Shown: positions 26,879 to 35,527 of the stretch, piece by piece
How positions within the stretch are numbered: position 1 is the stretch's first letter
Layout of the letters: each line of letters begins with the position of its first letter
NCBI GenBank assembly: GCA_001822065.1
Contig: MHPJ01000010.1
Location: forward strand, 1 to 41,333
Length of the DNA stretch: 41,333 bases
Direction: 5' to 3'
Source of the DNA: Candidatus Staskawiczbacteria bacterium RIFOXYB1_FULL_37_44
GTDB taxonomy: Bacteria; Patescibacteriota; Minisyncoccia; Minisyncoccales; Staskawiczbacteraceae
Program-made: the position numbers and the translations under genes
Notes under the pieces: generated by a model
What the model was told of the DNA's origin: nothing
Seen by the model: the letters and a program-made list of their open reading frames with translations, nothing else
Database searches by the model: none

Positions 26879-26899
26879 AAAATATCACATCGCTGGCAT

Positions 26900-26923
26900 G
26901 GCCGAGCAAGTCTCGGCCTTTTT
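26900..26923 (+). terminator. Intrinsic terminator
   Basis: GGCCGAG-CAAGT-CTCGGCC-TTTTT. Confidence 0.8.
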
Positions 26924-26970
26924 ATTGAATAAAAAATGGGATTTGGTATACTAAAGGATAACTTTAAAAT

Positions 26971-27261
26971 ATGAAAATTGATGAAATAAAAGAAAAAATA
27001 AAGTTTGTTGAGACTGTTTTGAAAGAAAAATTCCGAGTCAAAAAAATTGGTATTTTTGGTTCGTATTCAAGAGGAGAACAAAGAAAGGGAAGCGATATAG
27101 ATATTTTAGTTGAATATTATGATGACCCCAGCCTTTTCGAATTCTTTGCCTTAAAGAGGTTTTTATCTAAAATTTTAGGATCAAAAGTTGATTTGGTAAT
27201 GAAAAATTCTTTGAAACCCTATATAGGCAAGAGGATATTAAGTGAAGTGATTTATATATGA
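26971..27261 (+). CDS. MNT (minimal nucleotidyltransferase) antitoxin
   Basis: FGSYSRGEQRKGSDIDILV (GSx10DxD) and KVDLV. Confidence 0.9.
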   Translation: MKIDEIKEKIKFVETVLKEKFRVKKIGIFGSYSRGEQRKGSDIDILVEYYDDPSLFEFFALKRFLSKILGSKVDLVMKNSLKPYIGKRILSEVIYI

Positions 27262-27629
27262 AAAAATCATCGTCCAAAAGAGATTATAGGGATTTTTTAA
27301 TTGATATAGCCTTCTCGGCAGAACAGGCTGAAAAGTTTATTGAAGGATTCACTTTTGAGAGTTTCAGCCAGGATGAGAAGACTAAATATGCAGTCATAAG
27401 AGCGCTTGAAATTATCGGTGAAGCGGTGAAAAACGTACCTCAAAAATTTAAAAATGAGCGTAAGGAAATTCCTTGGAAAGATATGGCAGATTTGAGGAAT
27501 GAGCTAATACATGAATATTTTGGCGTTAATGCAAAAGTGGTTTGGAAAGCATTAAAAAACGATATTCCAAATATCAGAGATAAAATGTCAAAATTATTAA
27601 AAGAGTTAAAAATTAATAAATTAATATGA
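27258..27629 (+). CDS. HEPN (DUF86/HepT-like) ribonuclease toxin
   Basis: LEIIGEA, IPWKDMADLRNELIHEYFG (Rx4HxY); overlaps the MNT stop codon. Confidence 0.9.
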   Translation: MKKSSSKRDYRDFLIDIAFSAEQAEKFIEGFTFESFSQDEKTKYAVIRALEIIGEAVKNVPQKFKNERKEIPWKDMADLRNELIHEYFGVNAKVVWKALKNDIPNIRDKMSKLLKELKINKLI

Positions 27630-28870
27630 AATTAAAAAAACAGGATTCGCAAATTTATAAATTAATAAATTTGGAAACAGAGAGGCAAAAAACTTCGCTG
27701 GAAATGATTCCTTCGGAAAATCATAGCTCGCCTGCGGTGCGTGAAGCGCTGGGGTCAATTTTGACTGATAAATACGCCGAAGGATATCCCGGGAAAAGAT
27801 ATTACGCAGGTTTAAAATACTATGATATTTTAGAGGATTTATGCAGAGAACGGGCAAAAAAATTATTCAAAGTTCCTCATGCAAATGTGCAGCCGTATTC
27901 TGGATCGCCTGCAAATGCCGCTGTTTATATGGCAGTCTGCGAGCCGGGAGATACGGTTATGGGTTTAGCCTTGCCAATGGGAGGACATTTAACTCACGGC
28001 TGGAAGGTGAACTTTTCTGCTAAGTTTTTTAAATCTGTGCAATATGGCGTTGACGAAAAAACTCATTTGATAAATTATGAAGAAATGGAAAAACTGGCAA
28101 AAGAAAACAAGCCAAAATTAATTTTTGTGGGAGCCACGGCCTATCCGCGAATTTTTGACTGGAAAAGATTGGGAGAAATTGCAGATTCTACCGGCGCTTA
28201 TTTGGCCGCCGATATAGCCCATATTGCCGGGTTAGTTGCCGGCGGGGCGCATCCTAGCCCTGTGCCGTATGTGCATATTGTTTCTACAACAACCCATAAA
28301 ACTTTACGGGGTCCGCGAGGAGGAATGATAATGGTAACAGAAAAAGGAATGAAAAAAGACCCAGAATTAGACAAAAAAATTGATAAGGCAATTTTTCCCG
28401 GATTTCAAGGGGGGCCTCATATGCATCAAGTGGCTGCAATTGCAGTATGTTTAAAAGAAGCTGCAACTCCGGCTTTTAAAAAATATGCGGCCCAAATTGT
28501 AAAAAATTCCAAAGCGCTTGCGGAAGAATTAAAAAAACTTGGCTTTAACTTAATAACTTGCGGAACAGACAATCATTTACTCTTGATTGATTTGCGAAAT
28601 AAAAATATTTCCGGCTCCGACGCTCAAATAGCTTTGGAAGAGGCCGGCATCACCACAAATAAAAATACAATTCCGTATGATCCAAATCCGCCTTTCAAGC
28701 CTTCGGGAATCCGACTTGGAACTCCTGCAATTACAACCCGCGGAATGAAAGAAAAAGAAATGCAAAAAATAGCAGGCTGGATGAGAGAGGTAATTTCAAA
28801 CCCTAAAAGCGCAAAAAGGGTCAGAAAAGAAATTGCCAGCTTTTGCAAAAAATTTCCTTTGCCAAGATAA
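27626..28870 (+). CDS. glyA: Serine hydroxymethyltransferase
   Basis: IPSEN, KYAEGYPGKRYY, GGHLTHG, TTTHKTLRGPRGG and SGIRLGTPAITTRG. Confidence 0.98.
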   Translation: MKLKKQDSQIYKLINLETERQKTSLEMIPSENHSSPAVREALGSILTDKYAEGYPGKRYYAGLKYYDILEDLCRERAKKLFKVPHANVQPYSGSPANAAVYMAVCEPGDTVMGLALPMGGHLTHGWKVNFSAKFFKSVQYGVDEKTHLINYEEMEKLAKENKPKLIFVGATAYPRIFDWKRLGEIADSTGAYLAADIAHIAGLVAGGAHPSPVPYVHIVSTTTHKTLRGPRGGMIMVTEKGMKKDPELDKKIDKAIFPGFQGGPHMHQVAAIAVCLKEAATPAFKKYAAQIVKNSKALAEELKKLGFNLITCGTDNHLLLIDLRNKNISGSDAQIALEEAGITTNKNTIPYDPNPPFKPSGIRLGTPAITTRGMKEKEMQKIAGWMREVISNPKSAKRVRKEIASFCKKFPLPR

Positions 28871-28877
28871 TTACGGT

Positions 28878-28969
28878 GTCATTGCGAGCCTTGCAACAGC
28901 AAGGCGTGGCAATCCAGAGTTTTATGCATATACTATAGATTGCTTCGTCGTTTCACTCCTCGCAATGAC
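28878..28969. repeat. Family B bipartite palindrome
   Basis: GTCATTGCGAG...GGCAATCCAGAG...ACTATAGATTGCTTCGTCG...CTCCTCGCAATGAC. Confidence 0.85.
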
Positions 28970-28978
28970 AGAAATATT

Positions 28979-29518
28979 ATGAATATAGATTTATATTTGT
29001 TTAATTTTATAAATCAGTTTGCGGGCAAATGGGCTTGGCTGGATTATTTTGGTATTTTTTGCGCAGATTATTTGGGCTATTTCTTACTTTTTGCTTTGGC
29101 AGTATTGTTACTATTGAATTTAAAAAAATATTGGAAAATGGTGGCAGAAGCTCTTGTTGTAGCCGGATTCTCAAGGTTTGTTTTAGCTGAAATTATCCGG
29201 TTGATTTGGTTTAGGCCAAGGCCGTTTATTTCTAAAAGTTTTGTTCCCCTAATTGCTCAAAGCGCAGATGAGGCTTCTTTTCCTTCGGGCCACGCCACTT
29301 TTTTCTTTGCTATGTCAACCATTGTTTATTTTTACAATAAAAAACTTGGTATAATATTTTTTATTGCCAGTTTTTTTATAGCAATAGCCAGAGTTTTTGT
29401 GGGAGTCCATTGGCCGTCCGACATTTTAGCCGGCGCTGTTTTAGGAATTTTAACAGGATATATTTTAAATTGGCTATTTCGCAACCACGCTAAAAAACTA
29501 ATTAAGAACTATGAGTAA
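28979..29518 (+). CDS. PAP2 family phosphatase (BcrC-like undecaprenyl-PP phosphatase)
   Basis: RPRPF, SFPSGHA and ARVFVGVHWPSDILAG. Confidence 0.92.
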   Translation: MNIDLYLFNFINQFAGKWAWLDYFGIFCADYLGYFLLFALAVLLLLNLKKYWKMVAEALVVAGFSRFVLAEIIRLIWFRPRPFISKSFVPLIAQSADEASFPSGHATFFFAMSTIVYFYNKKLGIIFFIASFFIAIARVFVGVHWPSDILAGAVLGILTGYILNWLFRNHAKKLIKNYE

Positions 29519-30093
29519 TTTTAAAAATCAGTATTTTGCATTGCGCCACGGGCAGAGCAAGGCCAATGTTTTAAAAATAGTTTTAAGTGATTTGAAAGAT
29601 GGAAAAAAGGAAGAATATACGCTTTCAGAAATGGGGGAGGAGCAAGTTAAATTATCTGTAAAAAAAGGCAAAAGAAGAAGCGTTGCTCGGTAGCGATACA
29701 ATAATTTATTCTTCGCCTTTTTCAAGAACTAAAAAAACTGCAGAAATAGCAAAAGAAATTTTAGGTGTAAAATCTGAAATAATTTTTGATGAAAGGTTGC
29801 GAAAAAGATGGTTTGGAGACTGGGAAAAGACAGACCATTCAGCTTATGAAAAAGTTTGGGAAGATGATGAAAAAAATCCGGAACATAAAGAAAAAAACGT
29901 TGAAAGTATAGCAGAAGTTTTAAAAAGAACGATGTCTTTAATAAAAGATTTGGAAGAAAGGTACGGGGGTAAAAATATTTTATTGGTTTCGCACGAAGAC
30001 GCTTTAAAAATATTGCAGACCGGGTTTCAAAATGTTTCTCCGGCCATGCATACAAAATTGGGCATACATACAGCAGAAATAAGAAAATTATAA
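29511..30093 (+). pseudogene. Histidine phosphatase family gene, frameshifted
   Basis: RHGQS in one frame and SSPFSRTKKTA...LLVSH in another; deleting one A of the A7 run at 29660-29666 rejoins them. Confidence 0.8.
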
Positions 30094-30744
30094 TTTTCTT
30101 ATTTCTGCTTGGTAAAAGTCGATGCGATTTTTAAATTCTTCTGGACACGCTATTCTCAATTTGCTGTTTATGGTATCGGCGTACGACAGGACAATTAGTT
30201 CTGGATAGATAGATTCACCAAATTTACTTCTTAAATCTTGCAAGTCTTTTGCGAAATTTTGGTTATCTGGCATCAATAAATAATGAAACACAGAGTGGTT
30301 AGCGATTATGTCTAAAACTAATTGGGTTTCTTCTGCTGATAAGTTGAAGCGTTCCAGTATTATTTTTGTTTTTTCAACGCTGATTTTTTCATGTCCAGAA
30401 CATTTTGTGAAGCCGCCTTCTTGAACCATAGCCTCTTTCTTACCTATATCGTGCAGCGCAGTCGCTATTTCAAGCAATTCCTTTCTTGTATAGCCGTCTA
30501 TCTTTTTACTGAATACGATTTCTAAATTTTTGTTATCTTTAAATGTTTTTTCTAAACCATCCATAACGCTCAGGGTATGGTCAAGCACTGACTCTTGTTG
30601 ATGCCATCCGTCTTTAGAATTTTCAACTGAATCTTTTAGTTCATAAAATTCCGGAAGTAATTCAACCAACTTTCCAGATCTTAAATCTTGAGCAGTCAAA
30701 TTTAGTCTTTGTTTTTCCTGATTTTCAAATTTTGATTCTGCCAT
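30088..30744 (-). CDS. HD-domain phosphohydrolase
   Basis: HQQESVLDHT, ALHDIGK, GHEKIS, IANH and YAD. Confidence 0.85.
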   Translation of the reverse strand: MAESKFENQEKQRLNLTAQDLRSGKLVELLPEFYELKDSVENSKDGWHQQESVLDHTLSVMDGLEKTFKDNKNLEIVFSKKIDGYTRKELLEIATALHDIGKKEAMVQEGGFTKCSGHEKISVEKTKIILERFNLSAEETQLVLDIIANHSVFHYLLMPDNQNFAKDLQDLRSKFGESIYPELIVLSYADTINSKLRIACPEEFKNRIDFYQAEIRKL

Positions 30745-30776
30745 TTTTATAAAATTAATTTTTGTGCCGAAGTTTT

Positions 30777-31397
30777 TTAATTTTTTTCAGGCTTTATTAG
30801 TTCTAAAAATTTATCCACATTTTTTGATAGCCTAATGTGATATGTTGTTTGTTGATTAAATTTATATTTTGCACTTGGCTTGTGATTTATTTTATAAGAA
30901 TGAGGCTTAAATCCTAACGAGACGACCATTTCGTGAAAATCATTTGCCAGTTTTGGTATTATTGTCGTAAAAGCCATCATTTTGTATCCTCTGTCTTTAT
31001 ATATACACCCATCAGTTTCAATGAGCCCCCGCAGACAGTTAATTTTGTAATTATTATTTGTTTTTATCCAATCTGGTATACTGGCCATTTGCTCAAACTT
31101 TGGTCCGTTTCCAGTTTTCCACGGAATGATTTCTTTTAGGCGGTTGGAATATACGCTTACATTATAATAATTATTTTTTCTATTAGAAACACTAGCTTTA
31201 TTTTTAGGAAATAATAATTGTAGAGAGTTTTTTATTTTTTGAACTAACGAAGGATATTTTGCATCGCAAGTTATCCGTAATCTGACGGCTCTTTTGTTTG
31301 GATTTGATAAATTACCATCTCCAAGAGCCAGTCCTATAACATAGGATTGCAATTCTTTATTTTCACTAATAGGTGTTTTGCGAAAATACCCTCTCAT
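30777..31397 (-). CDS. Double-motif LAGLIDADG homing-endonuclease-like protein
   Basis: YVIGLALGDGNL and CLRGLIETDGCI motifs; ATG 1 nt past the tRNA-Leu discriminator. Confidence 0.85.
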   Translation of the reverse strand: MRGYFRKTPISENKELQSYVIGLALGDGNLSNPNKRAVRLRITCDAKYPSLVQKIKNSLQLLFPKNKASVSNRKNNYYNVSVYSNRLKEIIPWKTGNGPKFEQMASIPDWIKTNNNYKINCLRGLIETDGCIYKDRGYKMMAFTTIIPKLANDFHEMVVSLGFKPHSYKINHKPSAKYKFNQQTTYHIRLSKNVDKFLELIKPEKN

Positions 31398-31398
31398 G

Positions 31399-31481
31399 TG
31401 CCGTCGGTGGGAGTCGAACCCACATGCCCTTGCGGACAATTGATTTTGAGTCAATCGCGTATCCCATTCCGCCACGACGGC
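31399..31481 (-). tRNA. tRNA-Leu(CAA)
   Basis: GCCGTCG...CGACGGC-A; anticodon arm ATTGA-CTCAAAA-TCAAT; long variable arm. Confidence 0.95.
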
Positions 31482-31514
31482 TTATTTTTTAACTTAACAT
31501 ATAAATTTTTATTT

Positions 31515-31609
31515 GTCATCCCCCATGAAAATGAAAATGGGGATCCAGAGTTTCTAATTCTAATCTGGATTTCCGCCCTTACATGACCTTCGGCTTACAC
31601 GGGAATGAC
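31515..31609. repeat. Degenerate family A bipartite palindrome
   Basis: GTCATCCCC...GGGGATCCAGAG...TCTGGATTTCCG...CGGGAATGAC. Confidence 0.75.
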
Positions 31610-31620
31610 ATAGCTGCGCA

Positions 31621-33399
31621 TCACTCCCACGAGGCGCTGATAATTTTTTCCGGAAATTTTTCAGCCAGTTTTTGAAAATTTTCGCAGGAAGTTTTGTGCA
31701 AAACAGCCGCCCTGTATTTTGTAAGATACGCCATTACCTTGTCTCCAGCCTCTGGGTTGCAGCACTTTGCAATGTTTACAAGCATTCCCTTTTGGCCGCC
31801 CAAAAATATGCGAGATATTTTTTCTCTTTTTATTTGCTGTTTTTCTTTCTTTTTTCTTTGGGCAATTTCAGAAATCTCAATAAATTTTTGTTTTATAAAT
31901 CCGGGAATAGGAAAATTAAAAAAGGAATTGGTCTGGCTTATCGCTTTTTTAATGTGCCCATGAGCCATATTTGTTTTGACAAATTTCAGCCAGTCTGCGG
32001 ACGGTTTTTTATTTTTATTTGTCAAAATTTCAACAATATCTCCGTTTTCTAAAACATATGAAAGCGGGACAATTTTCCCTCCAACTTTTGCAGACTCGCA
32101 ATGGTTTCCAACATCAGAATGCACTGCATAGGCAAAATCAACCGTCGTTGCTCCTTTTTTCATAACAATTACATCTCCCTTTGGAGTCAGCGCGAAAACT
32201 TGATTTGTAAAAAAATCAAGTTTAAAAGTTTTCCAAAATTCACTCGCGCCCTTCATCCACTCAAAGTTTCCCCCTTCTTTTTTTAGGTCAATTTTTTCTT
32301 TATAAGCCCAATGCGCGCAAATGCCATACTCGGCTTCTTTGTGCATTTCGGCTGTTCTTATTTGTACTTCGGTAATTCTGCCCGCCTTGCCGCTCGCCTC
32401 GCTTCGGCGGAGCGGGCGAGGCAGGCCGTTTTCGGGTAAAATTGTCGTATGCAATGATCTGTAGCCGTTGGATTTTGGTTTGGCGATATAATCATTAATT
32501 TCTTCGGAAATAGGTTTAAAATGCTTATGGATTATGCCCAAAATTTTATAACAGTTTTCTGTGTCTAAGGCAATTATTCTTAAAGCAAGCAGGTCATGGA
32601 TTTTGTTAAAGTCCATATTATGGCGCGCCAGTTTTTGATAGGTGCTCCAATAAGATTTTGTCCTGTAATTTATATCCAAAACTTTTACCCTTTCTTTTTT
32701 GAATATTTTTTTTAAATAAGGGATAAATTTTTTAAGATATTTTTCCCGGTCTTCGTACTGGCCTTTGATGTTTTCTTTTGTCCATTTAAACCTGTCGGGA
32801 AATAAATATGAAAAAGATATATCTTCAAGATTTCTCCTGATTTCGCTCAAACCCAGCCTGTTTGCCACCGGCACAAAAATTTGCAAAGTTTCAAGGGCAT
32901 AAAGCCTTTGTTTGTCTTCGGGCAAATCTTGCAAAAAATTCAATCCGTCCAGCCTTGAAATAAGTTCAACCAAAATTACCCTCAAATCTCCGGCAATTGC
33001 CATAAACATTTTTCTCAAATTTTCTATTTTCTCTCTTGTAACTTTTTTTTTATTGCTTATATTAATTTTTAAAGAGTAACGGACTTTGCTTAAGCCGGAA
33101 ATTTTTTCTATCATCTGGCTGATATTCTTGCCGAATTTTTTTTCGATTGCGTTTATTTCAACTGTTTTTGCCGATTCCGGAATGTCGTCAATTACATCGT
33201 GCAATAGCCCAAAAGCGATTGTTTCTGCGTCCAGATCCATTTTATCCAGCAATAAGGCTACTCTCACGGCGTGTTGAATATAGTTTTCTCCGGAAATTCT
33301 GTTTTTATCTTTATAGGCTTCTTTTGCAAAATTAAAAACCTCCTCAATTAATTTTGGATTTAAGCTTTTTTTAATTATTTTTTGAATGTCATTTGGCAT
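31621..33399 (-). CDS. RelA/SpoT homolog ((p)ppGpp synthetase/hydrolase: HD-SYNTH-TGS-CC, no ACT domain)
   Basis: RISGENYIQH, LLHD, DYIAKPKSNGYRSLHT, EVQIRT, AHWAYKE, TPKGD and DFAYAVH. Confidence 0.93.
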   Translation of the reverse strand: MPNDIQKIIKKSLNPKLIEEVFNFAKEAYKDKNRISGENYIQHAVRVALLLDKMDLDAETIAFGLLHDVIDDIPESAKTVEINAIEKKFGKNISQMIEKISGLSKVRYSLKINISNKKKVTREKIENLRKMFMAIAGDLRVILVELISRLDGLNFLQDLPEDKQRLYALETLQIFVPVANRLGLSEIRRNLEDISFSYLFPDRFKWTKENIKGQYEDREKYLKKFIPYLKKIFKKERVKVLDINYRTKSYWSTYQKLARHNMDFNKIHDLLALRIIALDTENCYKILGIIHKHFKPISEEINDYIAKPKSNGYRSLHTTILPENGLPRPLRRSEASGKAGRITEVQIRTAEMHKEAEYGICAHWAYKEKIDLKKEGGNFEWMKGASEFWKTFKLDFFTNQVFALTPKGDVIVMKKGATTVDFAYAVHSDVGNHCESAKVGGKIVPLSYVLENGDIVEILTNKNKKPSADWLKFVKTNMAHGHIKKAISQTNSFFNFPIPGFIKQKFIEISEIAQRKKKEKQQIKREKISRIFLGGQKGMLVNIAKCCNPEAGDKVMAYLTKYRAAVLHKTSCENFQKLAEKFPEKIISASWE

Positions 33400-33401
33400 C
33401 T

Positions 33402-35444
33402 TTAAGATTTAACAAAGTCGCATTCTTTGTTTGAACACTTGATAATCTTTTTGGTTTTTTGCACAAGTATTGAATCGCACTTCGGGCAGAATTCGTTTAC
33501 GGGCTTGTCCCACAAAGCAAAGTCGCATTTTGGAAATCGGTTGCATCCGTAAAATATTTTACCTCGCTTGGTTTTTTTGGCAACAATATCTCCCTCTTTG
33601 CATTTTGGGCACTTTATATTTAATTCCGCAACTTTATTTTCTATGGACTCAGTATATTTGCATTCGGGAAACTTTGAACAAGCATAAAACCGTCCAAATC
33701 TTCCCATTTTTTCAACAATTGCAGACCCGCATTTCGTGCAAATTTTATCGGTTTTTTCTGTGAAATTTTCTTTTGGAACTTCTTTATATTTTTCCGCTAA
33801 ATTTTTAGCAAACGGAGTATAAAAATCTTTACAGGTTTTTCGCCACGAATCTTTTCCTTCGGCAACTTCGTCAAGTTCTTTTTCCATTTTGGCGGTAAAA
33901 TCTATATCCACAATTTTCGGAAAATTTTTGACCAAAACATCATTTACTACGGTTCCCATTTCGGTGGGTTTAAATCTTTTCTGTTCATTTTTTTCAACAT
34001 AATTTCTTGTTTGGATAGTTGTTAATGTTGGCGCGTATGTTGAAGGCCTGCCAATGCCGAATTTTTCTAATGTTTTTATCAGGCTTGCTTCATTATAGCG
34101 CGCGGGAGGTTCTGTAAAATGCTGTTCTGAATTTAATTTTATAAAATCTAATTTGTCTCCTTTTATCAAGTCCGGCAACGCTGTATCTTCCCGCCCCGAA
34201 GGGGCGAGGCTCGCCCCGCTTTGCGGGGCGGCAAATTTTGTCGGGTAAACTTTTAAAAACCCGTCAAATTTCAGAGTTTGTCCGGTGGTTCTAAATGTAT
34301 ATTCTCCTGCTGTTATGTCTGCTGACACAGAATTAAAAACAGCGCTCGCCATTTGGCAGGCAATAAACCTTTGCCAGATTAAAGTATAAAGTTTTAACTG
34401 CCTGGCATCAAGACCGGTTAAAGATTCTGGAGTTCTGTCTGCGTAAGCCGGCCTTATTGCTTCGTGGGCTTCTTGAGCCCCTTTGCTTTTTGTTACATAT
34501 TTTACTGTTTTGCCGGCCCAATAATTGCTGCCGTATTTGTCAGCAATAAATGTTTTTGCTATAGCCAAAGACATTTCAGACAAATTTAGCGAATCGGTTC
34601 TGTGGTAGGTAATGTTTCCTTCTTCATAAAGGCGTTGAGCAATTGACATTGTCATTTTTGCCGGCCAGCCAAACCTTTGCGAAGCCGCCTGTTGCAAAGT
34701 GCTGGTTGTAAACGGGGGAGCCGGATGCCTTTTTGTTTCCTTTTTTTCTACAGATTCCACAACATAATCTGCGCTATTTAAATCTTGCAAAATTTTATTC
34801 GCCTCGGTCTTATTTTTTATTTCCTGTTTTAATTGCGCGGTAAATTCCTTTCCCTTTTTTGCCAGAAAAGCTTCAATGCTCCAATATTCAACTGGCGCAA
34901 ATTTTTCAATTTCCCTTTCCCTTTCAACAACAAATCTTACGGCAACAGACTGCACTCTGCCGGCCGACAAACCTTTGTTGACTTTTTTCCATAAAAACGG
35001 CGACAATTTATAGCCTACAATTCTATCTAAAACTCTTCTTGCCTGCTGGGCGTTTACCAAGCTCATATCAATTTTGCGCGGTTTTTCTAAAGCGCCCTCA
35101 ATTGCGGTTTTTGTAATTTCGTGGAAAACAATTCTTTGCGGATTTTTTAATTTCAAAGCCTCTTGCAAGTGCCATGCAATTGCCTCTCCTTCGCGGTCTT
35201 CGTCAGTTGCCAGAATAGTATTGTCGGCTTTTGCGGAATCTTTTTTTAATTCAGCGACAACCTTTTTGGCTTTTGCCGGAACAACATATTTTGGCTCAAA
35301 ATCTTTTTCAACATCAACTCCAAGCTCTCTTTTCGGCAAATCTCTCACATGTCCAAAAGACGACTTTATTATAAAATCTTTTCCCAAAAATTTCTGGATT
35401 GTCCGTGCTTTCGTTGGCGACTCAACAATAACTAAACTTTTCAT
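33402..35444 (-). CDS. topA: DNA topoisomerase I
   Basis: LVIVESPTK, ATDEDREGEAI, SAGRVQS, ITYHRTDS, QEAHEAIRP and C-terminal zinc ribbons. Confidence 0.98.
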   Translation of the reverse strand: MKSLVIVESPTKARTIQKFLGKDFIIKSSFGHVRDLPKRELGVDVEKDFEPKYVVPAKAKKVVAELKKDSAKADNTILATDEDREGEAIAWHLQEALKLKNPQRIVFHEITKTAIEGALEKPRKIDMSLVNAQQARRVLDRIVGYKLSPFLWKKVNKGLSAGRVQSVAVRFVVEREREIEKFAPVEYWSIEAFLAKKGKEFTAQLKQEIKNKTEANKILQDLNSADYVVESVEKKETKRHPAPPFTTSTLQQAASQRFGWPAKMTMSIAQRLYEEGNITYHRTDSLNLSEMSLAIAKTFIADKYGSNYWAGKTVKYVTKSKGAQEAHEAIRPAYADRTPESLTGLDARQLKLYTLIWQRFIACQMASAVFNSVSADITAGEYTFRTTGQTLKFDGFLKVYPTKFAAPQSGASLAPSGREDTALPDLIKGDKLDFIKLNSEQHFTEPPARYNEASLIKTLEKFGIGRPSTYAPTLTTIQTRNYVEKNEQKRFKPTEMGTVVNDVLVKNFPKIVDIDFTAKMEKELDEVAEGKDSWRKTCKDFYTPFAKNLAEKYKEVPKENFTEKTDKICTKCGSAIVEKMGRFGRFYACSKFPECKYTESIENKVAELNIKCPKCKEGDIVAKKTKRGKIFYGCNRFPKCDFALWDKPVNEFCPKCDSILVQKTKKIIKCSNKECDFVKS

Positions 35445-35527
35445 TTTTATATTTTATTAGTGAATATATATTTTACCCAAAACTGCCATTAAAGCAAGAT
35501 TAGCATTTTTAACTATACCACAAAAAT

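Noticed and set aside
29660-29667. Programmed -1 frameshift at AAAAAAG
   Set aside because: Rejoining the frames needs +1, not -1, and catalytic residues look degraded
31398-31475. Upstream start for the LAGLIDADG ORF
   Set aside because: Lies inside tRNA-Leu; ATG at 31397 is preferred
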